In this document: in pieces, positions 27,436-35,980 of the stretch
Position numbering within the stretch: position 1 is the stretch's first letter
Layout of the letters: each line of letters starts with the position of its first letter
DNA from: a virus
Virus record (IMG/VR): IMGVR_UViG_3300031992_000005
Coordinates: 64,001-128,000 of that record
Reading direction: 5' to 3' (one strand)
Length of the DNA stretch: 64,000 nt
The notes under the pieces: model-generated
What the model was told of the DNA's origin: nothing
Seen by the model: only the letters and a program-made list of their open reading frames with translations
Databases searched by the model: none
Position numbers and translations under genes: made by a program

Positions 27436-27601
27436 CCTAGAAAAATATTTCAAAGAAACTCCCCCGGAACAGCTTGACAAGGACTGGGAAGAGATAAAGG
27501 ATCTTAATAATATTGGTCCAGACGCAATAGAATATATAAACAAATATAAGAATCATGTGGGTAAAAGTAGACTATTCGGAAGAGGCCAAGAAAAATCCTA
27601 A
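27416..27601 (+). CDS. hypothetical protein (61 aa)
   Basis: ATG ORF. It overlaps both neighbours. Confidence 0.4.
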   Translation: MGKIADSLEKYFKETPPEQLDKDWEEIKDLNNIGPDAIEYINKYKNHVGKSRLFGRGQEKS

Positions 27602-27755
27602 GCCAAATATGGCAGGAGAATGGGCTATTTACACTAAAAGGCATTGGTGGAATCATTGGGTAGAACGCCAGACCTATGCTAGCTTAGATCTGTGTGAAAA
27701 AGAAGCTGAAAAGATAGTCAAATTTCCAAAATACTATTTCAAATGGGGCAAATAG
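27555..27755 (+). CDS. hypothetical Trp-rich protein (66 aa)
   Basis: ATG ORF. Overlaps 27416..27601 by 47 nt. Confidence 0.4.
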   Translation: MWVKVDYSEEAKKNPKPNMAGEWAIYTKRHWWNHWVERQTYASLDLCEKEAEKIVKFPKYYFKWGK

Positions 27756-28093
27756 ATTATACTACAGTAGAACATATTATGATAGGTCCATTAATTAGCG
27801 ATCTTCTTAAACTTCCAGTAACAAGGGTGGACTTATTAAGGAGAGCAAGAAAGAAAGTCAAAGCTCGCCTTGGATTATATACAATAATACAAGGCACAAT
27901 AAACGAGTATGGCTTACAGGTATCCGCGAAAAAATGTTTTCCAAAGCTTACTATTGAAAATGCCAAGGAATTCGGTGCAGATAAAACATTTACCTGGTGG
28001 ACTGAAGAAGATTGGAATACTGGTAGAAAAGAATTCCTAGACTGGCTGATAGAACAATATAAGAACGATAAAGAAAACTTAAGAGATGGATAA
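27743..28093 (+). CDS. FamB paralog (116 aa)
   Basis: LPVTRVDLLRRA..FPKLTIENAKEFGA..WWTEEDWNTGRKEFLDWLIEQYKNDKENLR. Confidence 0.6.
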   Translation: MGQIDYTTVEHIMIGPLISDLLKLPVTRVDLLRRARKKVKARLGLYTIIQGTINEYGLQVSAKKCFPKLTIENAKEFGADKTFTWWTEEDWNTGRKEFLDWLIEQYKNDKENLRDG

Positions 28094-28231
28094 TATTACG
28101 CATACTGAAGATTATTTTTGGGAATATACATGTACCAGACCCTCCGATTATTATAATGAGAGGTGCTCAACCTGTTCTGCAAGAAATCCCAATCATAATT
28201 GTGAATATCTAAGAATAAAATATACAATAAA

Positions 28232-28570
28232 ATGAATATAGTAAAACTACTTTTTATCAGGTTATTCAGGTTACCTGTAAGAAGAGAAAGTGTATTGACA
28301 CTTACAAAGAAGATTCGAACAGAACAATCCAATATAGGGTTATGTTCTGCAATAAGTTCAGCACTAGCTAGTTATGGTATATGGAGAGATCGTACACTTG
28401 AAGAATATTTTCCAGAATTCACTTTTGAAAATGCAAGAGAAAAATTCAAAGCTGATGGAACTAAAGAATTCTTTTGGTGGATAAATTACGACGATCCTAA
28501 TAGGATGGAATTCTTAGATTGGCTTATCAAACAGTACAAAAACGATAATACGAACTTAAGAAAACTTTAA
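28232..28570 (+). CDS. FamB paralog (112 aa)
   Basis: LPVRRESVLTLT..GLCSAI..FPEFTFENAREKF..WWINYDDPNRMEFLDWLIKQYKNDNTNLRKL. Confidence 0.6.
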   Translation: MNIVKLLFIRLFRLPVRRESVLTLTKKIRTEQSNIGLCSAISSALASYGIWRDRTLEEYFPEFTFENAREKFKADGTKEFFWWINYDDPNRMEFLDWLIKQYKNDNTNLRKL

Positions 28571-28576
28571 AACGAA

Positions 28577-28610
28577 AAGGGTATCTTTTATAGATACCCT
28601 TTCCTTTTTT
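28577..28610 (+). terminator. intrinsic terminator
   Basis: aagggtatct-ttta-tagataccctt followed by a T-run. Confidence 0.6.
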
Positions 28611-28668
28611 GGTGTAATAAACTCCTATTAATTAACTTAAATCCCTTATAACTAAATATATAAATCAC

Positions 28669-28869
28669 ATGGATTATAAAAAAGAATACTTAGCTGCTCG
28701 TAAAAGAGCAAAAGAAATTTTTACATATTATTGTGATGATAGAGAGCAGTTGGGAAAAATATTATATATATTTCCTGACATAGAAGGTGAAACGGAAGAA
28801 GAGGAGAAAGATGCAGAATCTTATCCATCCTTTGATGATTCACAAGGAACACCAATTATAAAAACATGA
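28669..28869 (+). CDS. hypothetical acidic protein (66 aa)
   Basis: ATG ORF. Confidence 0.45.
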   Translation: MDYKKEYLAARKRAKEIFTYYCDDREQLGKILYIFPDIEGETEEEEKDAESYPSFDDSQGTPIIKT

Positions 28870-28873
28870 TATT

Positions 28874-29194
28874 ATGAAACTAAAGACTACAGAAATCATT
28901 ATTTATTATGATGGACCGCAGGTAGTAGTAGCAGAGGATGAAAACAAACAGCTTTACATAAACACATTGTATGAAATTAATAGCCTGGGAGATTTTCTCT
29001 ACTTAACTGCGAAAACAACAGAAGAAAACCTAGAAGAATTTAAAACAGGAAAAATTGATCTTAGATCACTTTACAAGGCTCCTTATTATGTAAGCACTGA
29101 TGAATTCGGCGACGTATTTAATGCAAGAGAAATTAAGGAATCTGAAGTGAAAAGCTCAATGCTTCCAGACAAAAACTTTTATTTAGACAGATGA
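28874..29194 (+). CDS. hypothetical protein (106 aa)
   Basis: ATG ORF, ATGA-coupled to the next gene. Confidence 0.5.
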   Translation: MKLKTTEIIIYYDGPQVVVAEDENKQLYINTLYEINSLGDFLYLTAKTTEENLEEFKTGKIDLRSLYKAPYYVSTDEFGDVFNAREIKESEVKSSMLPDKNFYLDR

Positions 29195-30111
29195 AAAGAT
29201 TCTTTTATAGACTTTGGACAAAGTTTATCTTAACACTCAAAACACTCTTTGTTGATGGAGGTTTTGTAGAAGTTTATCATCCAACACAAGACACCCCAAA
29301 AATGAAATTAAGACAATTACCTCATGAAGAAATTATGAAGTATGACAAAAATGGGGATGGAATAGTTGATGAAAAAGACGTAACTGCACTAGTAAACGAT
29401 ATTCTTCTGGGGAATTATGACCCTGGATTAGATCTTAACGGAGATGGAGAAACCGACATATCCGATGTAGTGGAATTTGTAAATATAATCCTAGAAACGG
29501 AAAAAGAAAGAGCATTCTCTTTTGAGTTACTTGGTTATGATTTTACACATCAGCCTGAGAATTGTATTTACTATACAACCTACAATAAAAAGCCGTGTGA
29601 TATTTTTATCATAGAAAACTTCGGCGCAATAGATCTAGTAGAAAATCGTTATTATGAAGGACATGATTTTGGAAAATTGATCTTTAGCGGACCTATTACC
29701 AGAATCCCTGATTATGCATTCTATTTTTGTACAGAGCTCACTAGTATTTCCATACCTAGAAAGGTGATCGATATAGGAGCTCATGCATTTGCAAACTGTA
29801 CAAGACTAGACGCAATCGTTCTCGGAGAAGATGTTAAAAGAATTAATATCGCCGTAAATACTTCAGAAGGAGGAAGCTTTGCTTTTGATGACTGTATTAA
29901 TCTAAATCACATAATTTCATTAGCACAAGAAGCTCCTGCAATAGACTGGAGTACCTTCAGGGATATGGGAAAACCTGGAGAAAGAACATTATATGTAAGA
30001 AAAAAGAGTACAGGATATCAGGAAAACTGGCTTAAAGTAGGAACTGGTATGGCTGTATACCTAGGTAATTATAAATTTAATCTAGCATATCTAGGGGACT
30101 ACGAATACTAA
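29191..30111 (+). CDS. dockerin-repeat + BspA-like LRR protein (306 aa)
   Basis: N-terminal hydrophobic segment. Two EF-hand-like dockerin repeats (DKNGDGIVDEKDVTALVNDIL, DLNGDGETDISDVVEFVNIIL). LRR_5-type units (FYFCTELTSISIPRKVIDIGAHAFANCTRL). The C-terminal module is shared with 43764 and 46114. Confidence 0.6.
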   Translation: MKRFFYRLWTKFILTLKTLFVDGGFVEVYHPTQDTPKMKLRQLPHEEIMKYDKNGDGIVDEKDVTALVNDILLGNYDPGLDLNGDGETDISDVVEFVNIILETEKERAFSFELLGYDFTHQPENCIYYTTYNKKPCDIFIIENFGAIDLVENRYYEGHDFGKLIFSGPITRIPDYAFYFCTELTSISIPRKVIDIGAHAFANCTRLDAIVLGEDVKRINIAVNTSEGGSFAFDDCINLNHIISLAQEAPAIDWSTFRDMGKPGERTLYVRKKSTGYQENWLKVGTGMAVYLGNYKFNLAYLGDYEY

Positions 30112-30115
30112 CTCT

Positions 30116-30152
30116 GGGATGCCTATCTTAATGGTAGGCACCCTTCTTTTTT
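30116..30152 (+). terminator. intrinsic terminator
   Basis: gggatgcctatc..ggtaggcaccc hairpin followed by TTCTTTTTT. Confidence 0.55.
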
Positions 30153-30176
30153 CCCAAATATGGTTTTTTCTTTTTT

Positions 30177-30200
30177 CTTCCACCTATTACCTTATACTTG
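30177..30200 (+). promoter_or_regulatory. copy of phage promoter-like motif
   Basis: cttccacctattaccttatacttg lies 21 nt upstream of the ATG at 30221. Confidence 0.35.
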
Positions 30201-30220
30201 TAATATAAATTTTTATTTTT

Positions 30221-31825
30221 ATGGCTAAAAAGATAAAAGAAGAAGTTATTGAATTTCTAAAACCAAGAGATGCTGTAAGAAAAAGATACGGCATGTATAT
30301 TTCAACAAACGAAAATGCCAATGTGATCTTTCGAGAGATCATTGACAATTCATGCGATGAAATATCAGCTGGATATGGAGATACAGTATTAATTAGCAAT
30401 AACTTAAATGGTTTTTGTTTTGTAGCTGATAATGGTAGAGGTATACCTATCAGCATGTCTAAAGATAAACCAGGAGTAACTCAAGCTTATCTTAGTATAA
30501 GTGAATTACACAGTGGATCTAAATTTGATTCAACTGATGTAAGTAGAGTTGGTATGAATGGCGTAGGCTCAGCATGTTGTAATTTCTTATCTGATCAATA
30601 TTGGCTACTGTCTAGGATCACTGAGGATAATTATTATAAATCTATTCCCGCAGTTAAAGAACTATGGGAAAACAGTGGACCTAGAAGTAAAAGAGATTTG
30701 TTCTATGTGGCATTCTGTCACAAAGGTGAATTAGTTACAGAAGGAGCTGGTAGATTAAAGGACATAGAAAAAGCTATCTTCAAGGATATTAGAGGCTATA
30801 CTTCTATACCTGAGGGACAAAGTACTATTGTTCTTTTTAAACCGGACCCAGAGATCTTTGAATCTACTAATGCAGAAGTTCCTATCAGAAACTTACAGTA
30901 TTTTCTTATGATACAAGAGAAGTTTTATAAGAGAAAAATTAATATTGTAGTTGATGGACAGCTAGTGAATAATACGTTCAAGCCATTTAAATTTGAATTA
31001 ATTAGAATGGTTGAGCCAAAGGATACTAGTTTCAATAAACAAGTTGGTATCTATATGACATTTGAAGCTGACCCTGGATTAGGACAGAAAACTGAAATAG
31101 GTAGTGTTAATGGCCTTGATGTAAATCAGGGACAACATATACAAATTGCAGAATCTGTATATAAAGCTGCATTGAAGGATTATTATAAAATAAAGCATGA
31201 CTGCCTCTTAAATGGTCTTCAACTTTGTGTTATAATATTAGCTGGTGAGGTTGTATTCGATAGCCAAACTAAAACTAGATTAAAAAGTATTAGTAAGGTA
31301 AAATCATCGGACTTCGTTGACGTTGTTAAGGATATCGAAAAAATATTCAGACAAAACCCTGAATATTGGGATCTTCATGTGGAGAAACTGGATAAACTTG
31401 CTGAATCAATGAAGAGCATTGGTGCAGCAGATAAGGCACAGAAATTTATTGATGCTAATAGCGGAATAAATCAATATAGAAGTAGAGCTGATCTACCAAA
31501 AGGATTTGCTGATGCTACTAGCAGAGATAGAAGTGAATGTGAAATTCTAATTTGTGAAGGCTTATCAGCTGGTGGGTCCTTGATTGCAGGAAGAAAAGAT
31601 ACAAGGTATCAGGCGATACTCTCGCTTCGCGGAAAAATATTAAATGTAACTGATAAGGGTGTTGATCGGGCCCTTGAATCTAAAGTTATTAATGATATCT
31701 TCAAGGTTATCGGACTTGGACTCGATGTGAATTGGGTAGGAGCTGGATTAAACTACGAAGAGGCACACGAGGTTATCAAACGTAAGTCTAGGTACAACAA
31801 AATTATTATAGCAAGTGATGCGGAT
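30221..31825 (+). CDS. type II DNA topoisomerase large subunit (GyrB / T4 gp39+gp60-like), exon 1
   Basis: GHKL ATPase motifs (EIIDNSCDE, DNGRGIP, GMNGVGSA) and Toprim Glu (ICEGLSAGGS). The frame ends ..IIIASDAD just before an in-frame TAG, in the middle of the DxDxDG Toprim motif. Confidence 0.8.
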
Positions 31826-32693
31826 TAGAATTTATCTGAGTCCGTGAGATTTAGAAATAATTCTCAAAAGAATCGTATTGCTGCGGGGAACTCCTGTTAG
31901 GCTAATAGTACTAGGGATAGTAACAATCTATTAGATAGGGACAATCCGCTCGTTATAAAGATTAGTTAAAAAACAATAAAAAATATGAATAATATAAAAC
32001 TTTTTTCAGATATTACAAAAACTCTTTCAGACAGAAAAACTATTGAAAAGTTTATAGATAAATATGGATTTGATTTTATAAATCGAATAAATCACGATAG
32101 AAACGGAGGATGCTATGAAGATGGCTGCCCTAAAAGATTACACTTTGAAATGGGCATTAGTCATGGCGAAGCTGCACAATCTCCAGAAAAAGTTTTAAAA
32201 ATAATATCCTATAATAATGATATTATTGGATTATTTTACAATCACCCTAACTATTGCAAAGGATTTTCTGATTACCCAGGTGGATATCCAGTAACATGTT
32301 CCTGTTGGAAAGGAAAAATGTATATTCAATGCCTAGATAAGGTTTTTGATGATTTATATGGATGGGGAACTAGGGAAATTATTGCGAAGATTTTAGGTTG
32401 TAACGATAATAGCAGTTTTAGAAGCATATATCGTGCTGAAGAAGAAGAACGATATAATTCAAAATATTAATAATTATATACAAAAAATAAATATAAATTA
32501 ACAAAAACTAATCTTTATAACTTCAACGACTATCCCCAAAAGGGAGTAGGGTAGCAAGTCTATAACGGCTACTCGAAAGATACGACATCTGACCAGGTTA
32601 AGCTGAAGATGAAAATATAGTCTGATCTGTATGGAGACATACAGGAGTTCATAAGAGAACCGGGAATTAGTGACGCAATTCTTGAACAACATG
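31826..32693 (+). mobile_element. group I intron 1 (868 nt) with internal ORF
   Basis: The 5' exon ends in U31825. An internal guide GUCCGUG (31840..31846) can pair with the exon end UGCGGAU, with a U.G wobble at the splice site. The intron ends in G32693. Joining restores DAD|ADGDAI, equivalent to the GyrB DADVDGSHI motif. A 67-nt 5' core (31883..31949) and a 3' core of about 125 nt containing ..gaagatgaaaatatagtct (32500..32623) are nearly identical to those of intron 2. Confidence 0.75.
31985..32470 (+). CDS. intron-1-encoded protein, unknown family (161 aa)
   Basis: ATG ORF located between the two conserved ribozyme blocks. Cys/His-rich (CYEDGCPKRLH, HPNYC, CSCW). No LAGLIDADG, GIY-YIG, HNH or His-Cys-box signature recognised. 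Confidence 0.55.
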   Translation: MNNIKLFSDITKTLSDRKTIEKFIDKYGFDFINRINHDRNGGCYEDGCPKRLHFEMGISHGEAAQSPEKVLKIISYNNDIIGLFYNHPNYCKGFSDYPGGYPVTCSCWKGKMYIQCLDKVFDDLYGWGTREIIAKILGCNDNSSFRSIYRAEEEERYNSKY

Positions 32694-32916
32694 GCAGATG
32701 GAGATGCAATCTTTAATGAAATAATATACTTATTCAGTAAATTCGCACGTTTCTTATTAGACCATCATATGGTATATCGTGCTATGTCTCCTCTTTTCAG
32801 AGGAATCAGTAAGACAACAGGACAAGTAACTTATTATTATCCAGATGATAAGTTCGACAATAAGGGTATTCCAGTAGATCTTGATATAAAGAAACCATAT
32901 GATCGCTGGAAAGGAT
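32694..32916 (+). CDS. type II topoisomerase large subunit, exon 2
   Basis: ADGDAIFNEIIYLF..HMVYRAMSPLFRG..DRWKGL matches the GyrB Toprim tail (DG.HI..LL..F...G.vY.a.PPLY ... KGLGE). The reading frame continues only by splicing. Confidence 0.7.
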
Positions 32917-34455
32917 TAGGAAATAGTCCTAGTATGTAGAAATACATACCGTATAATTCTATTAAAAGCGGGGAACTCCTGTTAGGCTAATAGTACTAGA
33001 GATAGTAACAATCTATTAGATAGGGACAATCCGCAGTTGATGAGATTAGTTAAAAAATTAAAATAAAAACATGTTAAGACAAGACCTGAAGAAACAATTA
33101 GAGAACAAAGACTTAGACAAAATTTTCTTACAACATCGAGATAACATAGATCCAGGAAATTATAGAGTCGGGGAAATAGGCGAAGAAGTAGTTGTCTGGA
33201 ACCCTGACACTAATGAAATAATGGACTATTTCTTTGATGATAGTAAGGAAGAATGGTTTTGTTTAAGTATGATAAATAAAAATTTAGGTAATTATTCTAT
33301 AAATAAAAAAGGGGAAGTTAAAAGCCCAAAAAAACTACTAAAAAAAGTAGAACATGAAAGTTATTTATGCTATTTTCCATCTTATATTATAAATAAGAAA
33401 AGAAAATCTGTTAATCTCTATATTCATAGAGTATTAGCGATGATATTTATTCCAAACATAGATCCAAAAAATAAGGTAGATGTAGATCATATTGATAGGA
33501 ATAGGCATAATTTTTCACTAACTAACTTAAGATGGGTAACTAAAAAAGAAAGTGCTGAAAATAAAGAACAACCGCGTTGGCACGGGGAATATTCATACAT
33601 AGCCTACAAAGATAAAGAAAAGACACAAATCGCTTTCAAGCTAAATGAAGAGGATTTCCTTAAGAAAGGCTTTAAAAAGAAGCCATTATATGGTGCTATC
33701 AAGAACAATCATAGGTCACAAGGATATTATTGGACTAGAGTAAATCTACAGTTAGCAGAGTATCTAAAAAAGTTTAATATGCAAGAACAAGATATTGATG
33801 ATACAGAATGGAAATTACATTATTCTGGAACATTCTGGGTACATCCGCTAGGTTTAGTAAAAAAAACAAAACATAGTCCAATTATTTCTCCTGGTTGTCT
33901 TGACAGGAAGCGGAAAGAACGTCATTCAGTTAAAAGATATAATGGTAAACTAGTTCATATTTTGGTGGCAGAGGTGTTTTTAAACGACAATAAACCAATA
34001 CCTAAGAAATATGAGGTGGACCATACATCTGGAGATTCTCTGGATAATAGAGCCTCGAATTTAAATATTTGCACACACATCAAGAATATGAATAACCCAA
34101 ATACTTTAAAAAAAAAATATAAAAAAATAATCAATCTTGATACTGGTGAAATCTATAATTCGATAGCAGAATGTGCAAATGTATCTAAAATACATCGTGC
34201 CACGGTGTATAGAAATATAAAAAAAGGAATAAGATTTAAATATTACAAAGAAAATTAACAAAAAACTAATCTCATCAACTTCAACGACTATCCCTTTATG
34301 GGAGTAGAATAGCAAGTCTACAATGGCTATTCGAAAGATAGAACATCTGACCAGGTTAAGCTGAAGATGAAAATATAGTCTAAGCACCGTAGAGATGCGG
34401 TGGAGAGTTTACTACTCTCGCGTTTAAAGTAGGCGATTAAACGTAAATATAACTG
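32917..34455 (+). mobile_element. group I intron 2 (1539 nt) with HNH homing-endonuclease ORF
   Basis: The 5' exon ends in U32916. Guide GUCCU (32926..32930) pairs with the exon end AGGAU. The intron ends in G34455. Joining restores KGLG|SLSPETGEVYDSFYNPYTRRLVLVT, equivalent to GyrB KGLGEMNPEQLWETTMDP..R.L..V. Its core blocks 32968..33034 and 34257..34381 match intron 1. Confidence 0.7.
33071..34258 (+). CDS. HNH homing endonuclease (tandem NUMOD4+HNH_3 units, C-terminal NUMOD1-like HTH)
   Basis: YSINKKGEVKS + VDVDHIDRNRHNFSLTNLRWVTKKESAENK, then a second unit YEVDHTSGDSLDNRASNLNICTHIKNMNN, then GEIYNSIAECANVSKIHRATVYRNIKKG. Confidence 0.75.
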   Translation: MLRQDLKKQLENKDLDKIFLQHRDNIDPGNYRVGEIGEEVVVWNPDTNEIMDYFFDDSKEEWFCLSMINKNLGNYSINKKGEVKSPKKLLKKVEHESYLCYFPSYIINKKRKSVNLYIHRVLAMIFIPNIDPKNKVDVDHIDRNRHNFSLTNLRWVTKKESAENKEQPRWHGEYSYIAYKDKEKTQIAFKLNEEDFLKKGFKKKPLYGAIKNNHRSQGYYWTRVNLQLAEYLKKFNMQEQDIDDTEWKLHYSGTFWVHPLGLVKKTKHSPIISPGCLDRKRKERHSVKRYNGKLVHILVAEVFLNDNKPIPKKYEVDHTSGDSLDNRASNLNICTHIKNMNNPNTLKKKYKKIINLDTGEIYNSIAECANVSKIHRATVYRNIKKGIRFKYYKEN

Positions 34456-34643
34456 TAGGAAGTCTTTCGCCTGAAACAGGTGAAGTATATGATTCCTTCT
34501 ATAACCCTTATACAAGAAGACTTGTCTTAGTAACTCCTGAGGACATTGATTATTCGATGAAACTCAACGAGGACATTGATAGTAGGAAAAAGCTATTATA
34601 TGATAAAAATATTATTAGTAATCCTTATAATTTTACAGATTAA
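34456..34643 (+). CDS. type II topoisomerase large subunit, exon 3 (C-terminal tail)
   Basis: The frame ..(L)GSLSPETGEVYDSFYNPYTRRLVLVTPEDID...NFTD* ends in TAATG, overlapping the start of the next subunit gene. Confidence 0.65.
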
Positions 34644-35980
34644 TGCCTAGAAAGAAAAAAGAAATAGAAGAACCAGTATTAAGGCCAATAGAGGTACTGC
34701 CTATTGGAGAAGCTACTGAACAAGCTATTCTAAATGCAGCCTCATATATAGATAATCAAAGAGCCTTAGCCAATGTAAAGGATGGATGTAAGGTTAGCTA
34801 TAGGCGACTCATTTGGTCTGCATTGCAATTCCCTAGAGGAGTAATGCAGCCAAGTGTAGAAGTTATTAACAAAATGGCTTCTTATCATCCACATAGCCTT
34901 GACTCAATGAAACTATTATCTGCATCTTTTGTTAGGACTGGTATATTTTCAGGAACAGGTTCTTTTGGAACAACTTCTATCTTAGGAGATGTTAAGGAAC
35001 CAGCTGCTCCTAGATACACGCACATGAGGTTAAGCGATCTATATTATGACCAGATCGCACCACTCCTATCGTGCGTAGATATGGTAGAGTCTCCTGTGGG
35101 AGCTCTTGAAATAGACTACTGTCCACTGGCATTGCCACTATGTTTATCTTTAAAAGGATTAGTTAGTGGTATTGGTGTAGGTATTAGTACTGTATATCCT
35201 AACTTTTCACCAAAATCATTATACCTGGCTTATAAGAATAATAATCCACAACTACTAGAACCGAATGTAGATCTAATTATGGATAAAAATAATTCAGAAT
35301 TAGAATCCCTTTGGACAACTGGAAAAGGTAGAATAATATATTCTTATAAACTCAGTCCATATACAAATGAAGACGGAAAGCCAGGATTCTTATTTGAGGG
35401 CGATACCTGTATCTTCACGCCAAACTTGAGAAAGATAAATAAATATGTTGATCAAGGACAGGTATTTATTGAAGATATGACAGACATGAATGGCCCTAAA
35501 ATGTTCGTTGGTCTGATAAGCAATAGAGGTAATCTTAGAATAGAAGACCTAGAGAAGCTTTGTAGACAATGCTGCTTTGATGCCACTGTTTATCAATTAA
35601 ATGTAACAGATGGAACCACCTGTTATAGAATTCCTCTCTATGATTGGATAAACTATACTTATAGAAGATATATCAAACTTCTTGAGCGAGTTAATTTAGA
35701 GAAGATAGAGAAGGTTAAGTTCGAAATAAAAGTACAAGAATCTTTGCCTGAAATTGCGAATTACATTATAAACGTAAATCCAGGTGCAACAGATAAAGAA
35801 ATTTGTACAAACCTAGGAATTGAACCTGAAGTAGTATCAACAGTAATGTCTAAGCCAATAGGACAACTTAGAAAAAATAAAGATAATACTGGGAAAATAA
35901 AAGCATTAAAACAAAGACTAAAGGATCTCCTAGTATTTGATCCAGAACTTTATGTTAAAAATTTAATAGAAAAATTATGA
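34643..35980 (+). CDS. type II DNA topoisomerase cleavage subunit (GyrA N-terminal / T4 gp52-like)
   Basis: YRRLIW, SYHPHS and the active-site Tyr context AAPRYTHMRL (GyrA AAMRYTE.RL). Confidence 0.8.
   Translation: MPRKKKEIEEPVLRPIEVLPIGEATEQAILNAASYIDNQRALANVKDGCKVSYRRLIWSALQFPRGVMQPSVEVINKMASYHPHSLDSMKLLSASFVRTGIFSGTGSFGTTSILGDVKEPAAPRYTHMRLSDLYYDQIAPLLSCVDMVESPVGALEIDYCPLALPLCLSLKGLVSGIGVGISTVYPNFSPKSLYLAYKNNNPQLLEPNVDLIMDKNNSELESLWTTGKGRIIYSYKLSPYTNEDGKPGFLFEGDTCIFTPNLRKINKYVDQGQVFIEDMTDMNGPKMFVGLISNRGNLRIEDLEKLCRQCCFDATVYQLNVTDGTTCYRIPLYDWINYTYRRYIKLLERVNLEKIEKVKFEIKVQESLPEIANYIINVNPGATDKEICTNLGIEPEVVSTVMSKPIGQLRKNKDNTGKIKALKQRLKDLLVFDPELYVKNLIEKL

Noticed and set aside
32498-32692. 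Minus-strand ORFs 32498..32692 and 34106..34387, with similar peptides (..RLYFHLQLNLVRC.IFR..)
   Set aside because: Their similarity simply mirrors the conserved 3' ribozyme core shared by the two group I introns. They are antisense to the intron RNA and have no start context.
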